From assembly GCA_051362555.1 (NCBI GenBank), contig CM120641.1:31998401-32062400 (forward strand): 64,000 nt of DNA. Reading direction: 5' to 3'. Below, one piece after another: positions 1-28,528 of the stretch. Positions within the stretch are counted from its first letter, which is position 1; each line of letters opens with the position of its first letter. The notes under the pieces are model-generated. The model searched no databases and was not told the origin of the DNA. It worked only from the letters and a program-made list of their open reading frames with translations. The DNA is from Lingula anatina. Its lineage: Eukaryota > Animalia > Brachiopoda. The position numbers and the translations under genes were made by a program.

Positions 1-477
1 AAGTAATACTTTTTGATCATATTTTAACAGATAAATGCCATAAATTAATGTTGCCAAAAATAACTCTTTCATCATCTCCTGACGAATCTTGCAGCCTGTC
101 AACCATCTTGACACAGTTTTTAACTGTGTTAAACCTTGAATCCAGTAAAAGAATTAAGCTTGAAGATATGACAGATTTTGAAAAACCATCACTCAAGGGT
201 GGGTTAAAGACTTCTTACTTCTTTCAGATTATTAGAGTATCAGGAAAGTAGGATCAAAAGAAGGTTAATCAGAGGAAGAATACCATAATTTAAATGTGTC
301 TGATACAAATGTAATTTACGCATGCATTCTTCTGAGTGGGTTGGACTTGCCATAAAATATTGTTTGATGCTGAAAATTTATAAATGACAGAATATAAAAT
401 ATTCATTTTTTGTAACCTTTATTGACTTATTCAAAAGATTATTTTAATTGGTTATGATATGACGCTTTAGAGCTTAC

Positions 478-3400
478 CTTATCAACCTCTGTGTTACATA
501 TGGATGAAGGTTGTCAAACTGAGCAGACATATTGGCTAGAGCTGCCAGACAGTTGGTGTGTAGGTACTTGTCCTGGAAATGTGATAAGAACATGTACATG
601 TCTGAGGCTACATTGCCACAACTGACATGTTTTGTTTTAAATATTATTTTTATTCTTTAGATTATTTTTAATAATCTTTAGTAAATTAAGAACTTTAAAA
701 AGCAATTCATAATTTTTCACCATTAATTTTTAAGGTGCATAATAAATGTGCCTTATAGAAAGTAATAATTATTACAGTTAGTATTAGTATTAACACTACT
801 GTTATTATAAACCTTATATAAAACAAGACTACTTGGAAAGGGTCATTTTCAACCTTAGGGCACAATACAAACAATCTCTTCTAGCTTTGGATATATTACC
901 CCGTTCACACTACAGTTGCCAAAATGCGCATTTCTATAATTCGGATTTTTCGTAAGGAATCCGATTCAGTATTGTGTTCACACTCGCTAAGCGAATCCGA
1001 ATCCCATGTTGAAAATTTCAGGTTTAACTTCCTGTTTTGAACACTCGCGCATGCGCCGCACAGGAAATCTTAAAATATCAACAAAAATTTGTGACGACAA
1101 ATGCAACTCAAAAGACATTCCAGCATTCTTGAGAAGTATAAGGTGGCAAAATAAGTTTGTTTCCTCATGTTGTAGTGAGTGGTGACCTCCAAATACGTTT
1201 GGTGCAATCGCTAAAGTAATAAACCAGCGTTCATAGATACCCGCACTTATCTGCACACATGCGCAGTAAGATCTGTACAGGTGTCGATTCCGGTAAGTTA
1301 TCCGGATCGCGCTTAGAAATCCACCTCGCTTGCAGGATTTTGAAAATGCGCATTTTCAAAATCCTCTTGCGTTCACACTATTGCATTTATTCGAATTGTG
1401 ACCTAATTCGCAACTTATCCGGATAACTGAGCGTAGTGTGAACGGGGTATTTAAGGTCTGGGTAAACCTACTTTTGCGCAAAAGACCTTATGATAAAATA
1501 ACCAAAAAAATATCCATGGATAAATTTTTATTTTTGTTGCTGGGCCATAACTTTGTTTGATTTTTGCACGGCACTCAGTATTCTGCCATTATTTTTGTCC
1601 CCACTCTCTTCAATGTTTAGTTTCAGTCTGTTTTTCTATTTATTGCTGGAATTTTGAAATGCTAGATGCTACTCACCCTCATTTTGGTCATATTGTACTG
1701 TATTGTCCTGATTACAACTAGCACCAGTAAACCACCAAGAGAGATCTCTGATATTGTCCTTTCTTTGAACCATGCTATATTTGTTATTGTCTGGAAATAG
1801 AAGTAGACAACATCTGAATCCTGCATATACATAGAACCTGTCATATACATAAACTGTATGCTTTAAAATGTAGTTTGTTTTCAAGTAAGACCAGCACTCT
1901 AGGTCTGGAGACAAAGCCTAGATGAATAAAATCATGCTCAAACACCATGTAAACTGTGTAGATCTTACAAAGAAATGTTACAACATTTTTCACTGTCCAA
2001 AGCCAGCTACTTTGACAATGGATTATATGCACAATTTGGTGTCAGATTGACCTGAAGTTGACCTATAGCATGCTTTTACCAGATGACAAAAGCACTAATT
2101 TTAATATTTTAGACAAACACTTTTTCTCAGTAATGGACAGTAATTATTTCTTTGTTACTTACTAATTCATGTACGGCTTTATTAAAAGACTCATCTTCAC
2201 TCAAGATTAGCAGAATAATTAAAGCCATGTAAATGTGATGAGAATTTTTGTCCTCTGCATGGTACAAGATTTTTAATATTGGCATAACCTGAAAAAGACA
2301 AATAAAAAGGTCTAGACAACATTTTCATTCTTAATGTCTGATAAACATCACTGATAAATAGCAAGTAATCTTTTACGTCAGCTTAAGGACATACTGTTAA
2401 GGTCTGTATTGTTCCTCTTCCAGGTTCTATATGAAATATGACTTGTCATTGAGCTTTGATATGTCCAGTGAGGAATCCACTCACCACTTGGTCTAAATTT
2501 GTCCTAGAAAGCACAAAGGTTTTGAAGTTGATATTCCTATGTATGAGCAGATAGAGTAGCAACGTGGTTTGGTCGTCTCTCATGTTTTGGCACAGTGCCT
2601 TGTAGAGCTTGGGGAAGTCCATTCTGAATGTGGCCAAGGCCTCTGTGGGGGCGCCAGCCTCACCTGGGGAGAAAAATAGATTTCTACATATCAGGTATAC
2701 TTGGTATGATTTATCTAAAGGAGACTCTCCACTCAAGAGTTTTTTTTTTTTTTTGTGCTAGAAATTTGATAACTTAGCATTGGAAATTATTTTTCCCGAA
2801 ACTATCAGTCAGCCTGAAATACTCTTAACAGGTTATTGAATTTACAGTTACTGTTGGTTACAATTATAGTGAAAACAATAGAAATAATCTGACACTATTC
2901 AATAGTCTTGCCCTCTGATAAAAACAGAACTCAATTCATTATATGGTATTAGGGAACTGACCCTTGAAACAATGCTGGTTGTCTCCAGTGAGGACGAGTG
3001 TTACAGAGGACATACAGAACAGATGATCCGCAGACTTACTGATCCATGTACTAAATATGGCCGACCCCACATAAAAGGTAGCCCCTGATGGTCTTCCCGC
3101 CTCCACACACACCGTCCCTGCAGGGACCTAGCAATTAAACCTCAGACCTGAGATTTAATCTGTTTAATGGCACGTGTGAGGGTGGTGAGACCATCATGGT
3201 TTGGCCATATTTAGACAGCAGATCAGGAAGTCCACGGATCATCTGTTGTGAACGCACTCATGGTCTATTTTCTTGAAACATGCTTTCAGTGTGTGGATTG
3301 AATAATTATGGTGACAAGGGGCCAAAGCGGGAAGTTGTCAAGGCTCAGGGAGACACAGCGGTGAGACATTCTTCATAATCAAGTAAAAAGGATTGAAACA

Positions 3401-6400
3401 GCCTTGCCATTGGCATGGGAGAAAAGCTGGGTATATTTGTAGAAGGCAATGAAGGGTTTATTGTAGCACACACTCCCAGACATGACAGTGGAGAAATACC
3501 ATAGATTATGTCCACTGGTTCTTGGCAGCATTATGAAAACCGACACTGATCCTTTTATTTCCTAGGTTCTCTATTACAGAGTTATGTATATTTAACAAAA
3601 CTTTGGATTATGTCCTTGAGAATTTTTATAATTATTTCTTTATTAATCTGCCCCTAGTTACTTCTCTCTCAAAGCTCACAAGAGACTCAGGACAGTTACT
3701 CAAAAGAGAGCTGCCTGAACAGATATATTTTAATTATTAAACTGCCAAATATCATAAATGTACAAAACATGTACAAAGCAGAGAGGCCTTACAGGTCACT
3801 GGATAAGTACCATCAGCTGATTAGGCATGCCAGATATGATAACTAATACACATGAAATTGTACCTGTGATAACTATCTTAGGCAAACACAAGTGCATAGA
3901 GTTTATATATATATATATCTTCCAAAGTTTAAACCAATTAGAAAATGAGCCAAATAAAAAATATGTACACATAACCTATACCAGTTAAACATGAAGACTG
4001 CCAAAGAAAAAAAATACATACACAACCTTATTTGTACATAAAAAAATGGGTTCTTCTTACCATGCGAGTCCATAAAAGAGCAAAGGGCCTGTCTGTAAGG
4101 ATTGTTCACCTCACGGTCATTTGTACAGTGGTTGACAAGGACAAGGGTCAGCAGGATACTCTGCTGGGCCAACAGGTTCCTGTCCACTTCATTCTCCTGT
4201 GTCTTCTGACCAGTGGCCAGTCCTAGTGTCATCACTGTCCACAGGCCAGCTGGACATATAGGAACAAAATTCTCAACACTACAACTGTATAGGCTAAAAT
4301 GTGGTTCATGAATGTAGGATACAGAATTAACCACAAAATGATTAATTTTTGAAAGAACTATAGATCTAGCCAATATGTTGATTTTATTGATCAAATTTAG
4401 TGTGATAATGTTTAAGACATGATTTCCTTGCAAATGCAATTAAATATAATGGATCTCGTGTGAACAAGATCTTTATGTTGTTAATCAGGTTAATGATAAA
4501 CATAAGACAAAGGCGTTCACTTACATGCCATGGCTGAGGTAAGCCCAGACAACCCTCCAGAGTGGTTCTTTATTAAGGAAGCCGGACACTTTTCTTGTGC
4601 CACAAAGTTATGGAGGAGGCTCTTCATCAACATGCATGCATGGATAGAGCTTAGGGAGGATTGAACACAACAATGTTAGTAAGTGTTGAGATAAAAAATT
4701 ACAGTAAAATCTTTAAGTGTGTTTGTCCATAAAAATATAAGGTATATTAATCAGATCAGGCCAATTATAAAACTTGATTGGCATCAAAGAATTATGAGTA
4801 ATCCCCGATTCATCTTTAAAGGCTTGGTTTTAATCTTATAAGTCACAAATCTAAATAACACTTTTCTTTAAGAAGCACCGTTATAAGGGGGCCATAACTC
4901 CAAAACAAAAACATTTAAATCACAATTTACATACAAAATTTTTGTTCATACCCTGTTGGCTATGAATGTGTGTTGGATGAGTTACTATTCTAGGGACCAT
5001 TTCCATAACTCTATCATACTAGCAGAATCAATCTATCACAGAAGGGATTCTCGCTAATTGCATTCAGTTTAAGCATGCATGAAAGTTAATTATCCCCTAG
5101 CAGCTTCAGTGGGCGTGACAAACATTTAAGCCGCTTAAACTGAATGCAATTTAGCAAGAATCCACACAGAGTTAGACCAATCCTGCTAGTACGATGGGTT
5201 TATGGAAACCAAGTCTTACATTTGTATGCTTACCACTTTCCATGCATAATGTATCTATAAAGCATAGTCTCACCAGCTGGCTGTGGCTGGAACATCTGGA
5301 TAGACAGCAGGATTAGCAGACAGTTCAGAGCCTCCAGGTGCAGGGCATATGTGTAACTTCTGTTAAAACAGGAGGAAAAAGTGTTTTGACCAAGTACAAT
5401 GTGACATATCCAACACAACTCAAAATATGCAATTCAACTGTAACAAAAAGTTTTTAAAATCTGTTTAAAAGGAGGTCTTAAATCAAACAAAATTTCTCAC
5501 GCACCAGTTTCTCACTGTTGGTGTTCTACCTTATTTTCTATAAAACCTAACACAATCTGTGTCACATCTGTTTGAATATGCATCACACCTAACACAATCT
5601 CAGCCAAATCGACTACATCCTCCGCTGGTACCAGCTAAAGCAATGTGTCACACCTAAGATAATTTGTCACATTTGATACAATCAATTGTACATGTGACAC
5701 TATCTGTGTCACACTAAAGCAATCTGTCACAATCTATGACTGACTACTCACACCACTGTGACATCAACTATCAGCTCTATCAGAGCACTTAAGAAATCCT
5801 GGCAAAGGTCTTCCTCTGCATCTTCAACTGAAAAAGAACTCTTAAAATACAAACTGTATCACAGGAGATTCCTATTTGCATTATCTAAGCATAGCCATGT
5901 GGCTACAGTCACCACAAAACATTTAAGGTTACCTAGAAAGTGGTGTTGCAACATCTTGAATGTCAATCTTACATTATTAAGTGTTTGAGAAAAAAATCTC
6001 AAAGTAGTAAGTAGTGAATAGAAAATGTGTATTTTCCTTGCCAATCATTTAAATAAGTAATGGAATAAAAAAAATATCTGAATTTTACCTCAGTCACTCT
6101 TGGATTGACTGTATATAAAGTTAAACACTTACCTTCCCCTGTGGGCTGAGCCTTAAACTGTTCCAACAGAAGTTCCTCTGATAAATTCTCCACAAAATAC
6201 TTGCAAATGTTCCTTACAATAAACAGGGCATTGTATGTCTGCCAGATAAATAGGTTGCTGAAAGAGGAAAGAAAATACTGTAAATATCAATATTGAATTT
6301 TTTTTCTCTGATATTTTTCCCCCAGGACAATGCTCTCCTTTTATACAATCATTCTATTTATATGTTATTTTTTGTCAAAAGTACATAAAGTTAATTTTTA

Positions 6401-7606
6401 AACTAAGTTATACTGCGATTTGTGTTGTTCATATATCTTTAAGAATGTGAATGTGTGTATGTTTATATTAATTGAAATATTATGTAAAATGAAAAATTTT
6501 TAATTAGGAGGATATGTTTTTTAAATATGTAAGTAAGAATACTCTGTTTTGATAAACCGAAGTTTATAAAAATTGAAAATATGATGACTGGCACATGTGT
6601 CTCAATTTTAAGAAGTGCATATATCTTAGTAATGGTATTTATATTAGAAAATCCTGAAATATTTCAAATCCTTCAGTGATGAAAATCTAAGTATAAAACA
6701 CTAATTACCTTAATGACAGCTTTATCGATGCAAATTAAATGGAAAAATAACTTTCTCACTCACTCATCACACTGTGTAGATGCTTTCAGTTCTGCTGCCC
6801 TAATTAAGAAGACCCTGACCAAGGCTCCGAAGTTACCAGACTGAAAGTTGTTGATGGCCAGGTTCTTGCATATGCCTGATATAGACTCTTCTAATAGCCT
6901 GTTGTCTGAACTAAAAACAAAGATAACAACAAAATAAGACTACACTGATCTCCAAAGGCATCAAACAAATTAACACTAAGTTACATGTATCATCTACTTG
7001 CATTAGCCCTTATATATATTATACATATATAAATACAATATGAGCAACTGTTTCATATTCACAGGTTAATAAACTAACTATGCCTGCCTGCATAATGATT
7101 ACCAATGCCATGGATAAATAATGGAATTCTAACAGATGATGACCATGAGTGGCACTGTGCTGGATGCACGGTGGGAACAGGGAAAAAGTTAAGAAACAGT
7201 TTCAGTTTCTTAGAGACTCTGGAACAGGGGTGGATCCAGAGATATTTTCTGACAGTCTTCCAAATTATCTTTGTTCATCCCCGTCCATTTTTGAGTCTTC
7301 CGACAGAAAAAAAATTAGATACCCGTCAAGGTAAACTTGGAAAATCTGACCGTCTTCTAGAAGACCCAGAAGACGGCCTCAATCTGCCCCTGTAGAAACT
7401 GTAAATAACATATTATATCTAATACTTGCAAATCTTGTAGTGATATAAAGACACAACTATAACTACCTGTTGTGAGGAATCTGCAATGTGAATGACAGCA
7501 GCTGATTCCAGAAAGGATCATTCTTGGAGACTGGGTCTGTGCCACACAGCTTGGCCAGGTAGGTATTACTGGACAGCTCACTGATACTACTGCTGTTGGC
7601 TCCCAT
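478..7606 (-). CDS. DYM: Dymeclin, 5' portion (11 coding exons; gene continues off the left edge)
   Basis: GT-AG exons with consistent phases: 7467-7606 ([39 protein letters not shown]), 6764-6910, 6133-6257 ([13 protein letters not shown]), 5752-5827, 5234-5359, 4525-4649, 4061-4249, 2485-2663 ([12 protein letters not shown]), 2163-2288 ([22 protein letters not shown]), 1677-1790 ([24 protein letters not shown]), 478-572 ([16 protein letters not shown]). Motifs match dymeclin from recall; N-terminal Gly2 is compatible with myristoylation. Confidence 0.96.
899..1447. mobile_element. MITE with terminal inverted repeats in a DYM intron
   Basis: Left ccccgttcacactac, right gtagtgtgaacgggg, flanked by TA on both sides; internal copies of gttcacact; no ORF of note. 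Superfamily (Harbinger-like TIR versus TA-target) is ambiguous. Confidence 0.8.
3018..3247. mobile_element. Decayed hairpin MITE
   Basis: aacagatgatccgcagacttactgatcc...taaatatggcc (3018-3067) is the inverted copy of ggccatattta...gatcaggaagtccacggatcatctgtt (3198-3247). Confidence 0.65.
4991..5218. mobile_element. Palindromic MITE (related copies at 7855-8152 and ~15902-16110)
   Basis: Long imperfect inverted arms (ttgcattcagtttaagc / gcttaaactgaatgcaa); shares the tagggacca...ccaagtctta ends with the 15902-16110 copy. Confidence 0.6.
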
Positions 7607-7854
7607 GTTGCCACTGGAAATAGATATAGGATAAAGACATTATACATTTTTCAAATTATATATAAGACAGTACAGTGTTCTTTATTTGTCATGAATTTAT
7701 TTATTAGAGTACCTTTATTTACCACAAGCAAGAGTGTATATCCTGTATATTTTACCTATTATGTATCTGCTAATTATTCTTCTGTTATACTGCAGTTTAA
7801 AATATCAGTGACCTTCGTCACAGACCCATGCAACATAACCTAGTGGGGTTCTAA

Positions 7855-8152
7855 GGCTGTGTTCAGAAAAGAAGTTATCATACTAGTTCAAGCTGGATTG
7901 ATCTATCTCAGCAGGGATTCTCACTAAGGCACAGTCAATGTAATCACCTTATCTGTCTAGCACGCCCACTTTGCAAAGCAATATAAACAACATCATGGAC
8001 CACAGAGTTTTCCCTGACTTTATTCAAGTACTTGAAGTTACCATGGGGCATGCCAGACAATTAAGCTGATTATATTGACTGTGCCTTAGTGCAAAAACCT
8101 GCTGAGATAGACTGATCCTGTTAGTATGATTACTTCTTTTCTGAACATAGCC
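7855..8152. mobile_element. PIF/Harbinger (Tourist-like) MITE
   Basis: TIR ggctgtgttcagaaaagaagt / acttcttttctgaacatagcc, TAA target duplication at 7852-7854 and 8153-8155, arms complementary for ~130 bp. Confidence 0.85.
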
Positions 8153-8804
8153 TAATACTGGCAAATGCAAAACGGTTGCTCATGAGATATTTTATGAAGC
8201 AACTTATTTGACTGAGATAAAACTACAAAAAATGTGAAGTGTCATTTAAAACAACTTTACCCAGAGTTGAACAGAGAGCAAGTTTATGTGGGAAGCCTTA
8301 CAAACTTAATGTTATATCAGTCTTTTGTTAAATGCTTATTAGCCTACTGATCACTATATAGAGTGAAAATGTACACAACAATACCAAGACATTGTGGGTT
8401 TTGAACTAAAAGTGTGTGTGTGTGTGTGTGTGTGTGAGTAAGTGATTTACTGGGCATGTGGAATCTCAGGTGTAGGACACTTAAAATATGAGACTGACAG
8501 TGACATCATGCCAACGCTGTAGGCTTCAGATTATTGTGGAAGTAATTTAATTCAGTTTCAACGGCAGGTGATTAGATCATAATACCAAATCTTGCTGCAG
8601 GAGACACCAAGAGACATTGATAAGCTGATATCCTGCGCTGCCAATTCAACGCTGGAGTTTAAAAATAGAAATGAGTCGGATTCTCAATCTGTCTGACTCG
8701 GAATCACCCCTAACCCCACCAACTTCGTACAAATCACACCGTCAATAATCCTGAAAACCATGACATAACCATTACTATGTCAGAAAATCTTAAGTAAAAC
8801 ATAC

Positions 8805-9215
8805 CTTTTAACCTATGTGTCACAAAATATTGTGTGATTGCACCTGAAGTTTGTGCACAAAATATATCAGGAGAATTCCTTCAATATTTACATCCTCTGC
8901 AACATTTCTATCATGGTTGCATCCACGTTCACTTCCGTCGAATTCGGGTGCTTCCGACAAATAGAAACTTGTCTTTTCAAGTATCCGTACCTTAATAAAA
9001 CTCGCGCATCGTATACTCTTGTTTGATTATTATTTTATGTCATATGGCTACAATGAAAATATTCTCAAAGTATAAGAAAACATTAATGACAAATAATTGG
9101 AAATGACCTTGACCTTTACTTCGACATTTTCCGGATATCGGCGCGAAATTTGATGCGTTAAACAAACAGTGCAGTTCTATGCAAAGATAATCATGACGGG
9201 TTCAGGAAGTGGACA
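8805..9215 (-). promoter_or_regulatory. Probable DYM non-coding first exon and promoter
   Basis: The DYM ATG exon is preceded by an acceptor (tttccag|tggcaacATG); donor gtatgt at 8799-8804; CpG-richer segment with ETS-like acttccg (8931) and caggaagt (~9204). Confidence 0.45.
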
Positions 9216-11863
9216 GGGCTGCAGAGGGAAAATATACTCCAGGGCTCGACATTAACATTTTTTTCACAGGGTTGCTATTGAATGCAACCAGGTCTGGTGG
9301 TTTGGTTGCGGTTCCAGATTAAAATAAAATTCCAAACAAAAGGTTATGGCCGTTTCACTACTTTTTTTTCTACAAAATGAGATTGCAGAAAACGTGATAT
9401 ATTCAGTATTTAAGTATTTTATTGTTATCTCATAACACAAACAACTACTGTGCACGTTTATCAAGAGGAACATAAAACATACTGTAATAAAACATACTGC
9501 CATAAAACACACTGTAAAACATAACAATAAATGAAAAATATTCCAAATGGAATCAGTTGCATTTTGGACAATTGCTGGTGGGCCATTCTGTTTTTTTTTC
9601 CCCCCGTTTTGGAAGGAAATTTGACACTTCAAATGAAAATATTTTAAAAAGCAAAAAAAAAAAGTTGGAAGGCCCATTTTTTTGTTCGTTTATTCCTCTA
9701 TATGTAAATTATATTTAGGCAAAAAATTAGGTTATAGTTAAAGTTATAGTTACGAAAAAATTATAATAAATAGCATCTTGGAAGGACGTGAAATGGACAT
9801 GGAATTTTAACTTTCAACTTTAGAACCAAAATTCTGCTCTGTCTGTGGAGATATTTTTAAGGTCATTGACTGTCAAATTAAAATATGAATATTTGATTAT
9901 AATTTCACTTTCTCAATATATGATTTTTTCTTTTGGAAAAAAATTAATTTGAAAATTTTGCATATAAAAAAAATCAAGTATGCATCTCGGAAGGACGTTT
10001 TGTCCACTGCTAAATAACATGTAAAACAAAGCTTAATAATTATATTTAATGATATATTTACCAAGATAAGTTTGATGAATAATATCAAAGGTAAGCATGT
10101 CTTTCCATGATCATATATTTCATCTTCAAACATGTTACCATTTTTGACTATGATACGAGTTCTCATCTGCTCTGATCATCTTTAAATAGTATTGGGACAT
10201 AAAAGAGAAAATCGGACCAAATTCATTAATTATAACTATAATAAATTGACTAAATTATAATAACTTCAAAGTTATTCATTCAAATGAAATGTTTCTCAAT
10301 TTAAAAATGCTTCTATATATTAATATGTTAATAATAATTGTGCATTTTTAAGTTCACATTATCTTGAAAGGCATAAGGGTTTTTGGGCTCATTAGTCACA
10401 TGACATCACGACCTCTTATTGTCCAATCAAAATGCCCCACTTGTCCTTCCACAGTGCTAGGTGTCATGTTTAATGCTTATGTATTTTAATTTAATTTCTC
10501 ACTGAAGTGGTTCTAAGCAAAAATGTCTTCAAATCTTATGGGCCCATATCATGTTTGAGGTGAATATGAAGTTATACGATTTTAGCTTTTGTAGTTACTG
10601 AGAAAACTTAAAAAATACGTAGGTACCAAAATCATCTTGGAAGGATAATTTGATATTAATTAATCCATTCTTTTATAATCAACTATATCTGAATCTGATG
10701 CACTTGACTTAATGTAAGAAATAAGTTATATTTAATGCATTTAGCCTTTATTATTTAAAATGATCATTATTATGAAAAATATATCAAAGATAAAAATGTC
10801 CTTCTGTAACACCATTTTATAAATTTTCCAGATAAAAGTGTCAATAAAATCATAATTAATCATCAAAACCTAAAATTTCTTTGGATTCTGGTGTCTTGTG
10901 GTGTCTGGCTTCAGAAATTATGTTTTGTAAGAAGCAGTCTTGTTTTTAATTTTAAGGTCTGCGGACCAAATACCAAGGAATGGCCCTGGTCAAGATTTTG
11001 TAAGATTTCTGACCTCAGCATTTGCTCTATCATAATATAAAATTTTATTTATTTATTTATTTATTTTTTGTTTCAATTTCTTCAGGTGTCTGGACAAGTT
11101 TTCTGGTGCCTTGCAGTTTTCTACCGAAGCTGCCTGCAATATACTTTCATGGTTTTGGTTACACAACCTGTGCATGCGTAGACACCCAAATTATTGAAAC
11201 TGTCTACACCGTATATATCTGAAAATGTAAACAAGATTGTTGGGCTTGTATTGGAGTGTGCATGTTATAAAATCTTGGGTTTGGTACATCTTCTGCTCAA
11301 TCTCCTTACAAATACATCTAAAACATATGTCTACAAGGAGAGAATCCAATCATTTATTTCACAATTTTTCTTTTGTACTTTCCTTTTAGATATTTAAGCA
11401 GTTTCTCTTATTAACTCCAGCTCTGCCAAACTCTTTTTATTGGAAGCTTGCAAACTAAGTATTCATCATAATTGCCAAGTAATCTCCAATGTGGCTCTCA
11501 TCATATCCAGCCAATAATCTGGTATCCCAGGTTTATAGGAGTAGCGAGTATTAGCCTTACAAACACAAACCATTTATTTCTCTTTAACATAGACATCTCT
11601 CATTCAATAATTAGAAGTGTTTGTTTTGCCAGTGTTATTTTGACATGAAACCATCATACATGTGTATTCCACTTTCACATATGTCCTTGTTTTGATCTTA
11701 TTCTGGCAGTGTCCAAACATTTTGTTTTTATCCAGTTTGGGTACAAAAAGAATGTATATGATATTTACAAGATCAAAGTTCATATCTGATATCATTCAAA
11801 TGCAGAATTGTGGACATACATTGTGGTTCAGTAAGTCACTTTAGAGGATGAAAGTCATACATG

Positions 11864-26348
<14,485 letters not shown>

Positions 26349-26728
26349 TTTATCACACCAGAGAAAGAACTAACTGTATGCAGGCTCTGAAACAAAATAA
26401 TGACAATCATTAAAAAATAAAACATTAAAAACACTGCATGGGAATATAGTGCCTATCGACTGAAGATGCCTAAAATGCCACTAAACACACAAAAAGGTGC
26501 ATGATCTACTCTGGTATTAAAATGTGGCTTAATTACAATGCATGTTTAGCAGATACTGTTCCTGTGATTATAAGTGGCCAATGGAACATCTTGAGTACAG
26601 ATGATATAAAACGTGAAAAAATGCAGCTTCTACTTAATCATTCTGGAGGGGAAAGTTTTTTTTTTTTTTTTTTTTTTTGCCAAAGATGTGGTTACATGAC
26701 AATGATACAACTGAACACATACTGTAAG

Positions 26729-27100
26729 AGGCATCGTTCACATGGAAAGTCTATTTTCTAAAAATCTATTTTCTATTCGCAGTATCTTATGATCACGGTC
26801 TGTGCCCTGAATATCCCGCGGCGTAATTACTGGCAGCGCGAGCCAGTTACTTATACAAAGCTTTAATTAATTCTCGGCAAGTGCAACCGTCATGATCCGA
26901 TGGCAAGCGATGCGGCAGCGGAGGATGAGATTTTATAGAATGCGAGCACAGCCGAGAATTAATTACAGCTTTGGAAGTAACTGGCTCGCGCTGCCAGTAA
27001 TTACACCGCGGGGTATTCAGGGCACAATCCGTGATCAGAAGATATACCGCGAATAGAAAATAGATTTTTAGAAAATAGACTTTCCATGTGAACGAAGCCT
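26729..27100. mobile_element. Near-perfect 372-bp palindromic MITE (Harbinger-like) in the PMS2 first intron
   Basis: aggcatcgttcacatggaaagtctattttcta... / ...tagaaaatagactttccatgtgaacgaagcct with ~150-bp arms; 3-bp AAG duplication at 26726-26728 and 27101-27103. Confidence 0.85.
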
Positions 27101-27473
27101 AAGATACTCAGTACAATCTGAATATAAAAAGGCAGATCTGCTCGTCCAAACTACTGCACTGTACATATACCAGTAGAGATGCGTTTCAGGATGAAAAAAG
27201 TGGACTTTACAAACACAGATTAGATTTCCAACACAATAACTCTGTGTCTGTACATAAAAATGGAAGTAACTTGTTGAAAAGAGGAATATTTGATTCTATT
27301 ATAACTGCAGATCGATATAATAAACCTACATCATATCAGCTACTAGTAGAGCTATCGTCGCCTTCTGACGTAGGATTTGCTATTAGAACTAATTGGAGAT
27401 AAATAATCTCCTTAGAAAGCTAGCAGCCGATTCCTTTATTTTGTGTTGTTGCTCATTACCAAATATGACTTAC

Positions 27474-27584
27474 CAAAGATGCTAATTTGGGTCAATCATA
27501 GTTGTGGTTAGAGCTCCCGCCACACTGCGATTGGGTCAGCCCAAAGCGAGACTGCCACACTTCCTGTGTTAAAGATCTGCCGCC
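27474..27584. promoter_or_regulatory. Bidirectional PMS2/ECSIT promoter with both non-coding first exons
   Basis: Minus-strand donor (gtaagt, 27468-27473) and plus-strand donor (gtgagt, 27585-27590) bracket a CpG-rich 111-bp segment containing ctcccgcc, attgg (CCAAT) and acttcctg (ETS). Both ATG-bearing exons begin with acceptors. Confidence 0.65.
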
Positions 27585-27973
27585 GTGAGTATGCATCGTA
27601 ACTACTAGCAGTGTTAGAAATTAAGGCTGGACCGTCTGCCCGGGGTGACAACTTTCAGAACGGGCTGAGAAGTTTTCCCACCTGGCAGACATTCAGTCCA
27701 GCTACTTTTCAAGATGGCTAGACTTTCGGTCCAGCAACTTATTTTCCTAAGAGGCAAACACTGGTTACCAGTAGTTTAGATATCACACTTTTTATGTTTA
27801 CAACTTTCAGTGGAAACTTTCGGTTGTGTTTGCATTATAAACCGTTACAGCTGGCAGTTAAGTAGATCTTGCACATATTTTCCACAGGCATGTATCAGGC
27901 ATAATCTGCTAGTCTAGTCTACCATAATTTAACCAGAAAAACTCTCCGAGAGCGTATACCTTCGCCAAGGCAG

Positions 27974-28007
<34 letters not shown>

Positions 28008-28528
28008 GATTATTGATTGATTATTGATCCGAATCACCACCGAAAACTAATTACTTCAAAGTTAACCCATTTCTGACCTATCCTGAAAATTTCATCAAAA
28101 AATCCTTATAACTTTTGAGTTATGTTGATGATTGATTTTTGATTATTGATTGATTATTGATTCGGATCACCTCCAAAAACTGATCACTTCTAAGTTAACC
28201 AATTTCTGCCCTAGGAAAAAATCAAAATGTCTTATAGAAGGTCAGTATCTTTTTAATACAGAGATATGTTTATTATTATGGACAACTGATAAAGCATACC
28301 TGCATGAATCGCACATGGTTTTCCATCTAACTGAAAGCATAATGGCATGTATTCAACACTTGGTTGTCATCCTTGTGAGGCAGTAATTCTAAAAACCATT
28401 AAAACATTATTTTCAAAATAATCTTTCCTACTCCACCAGGTAGCAGAAAGTTACTTCCATTTAATATGTTAAATTGTAATGACTACATTGACTTTTTCAG
28501 ATAATGCAGTTCAGTGAATAAGTGGAAA

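Noticed and set aside
7105-7395. 96-aa ORF with similarity to 61656-61922
   Set aside because: The similarity is at DNA level from a dispersed non-coding repeat family; frames are not conserved.
9240-10990. Possible TIR element between DYM and PMS2 with repeated catcttggaagga motif
   Set aside because: Probably TE-derived, but the terminal match is too weak and there is no target duplication to define it.
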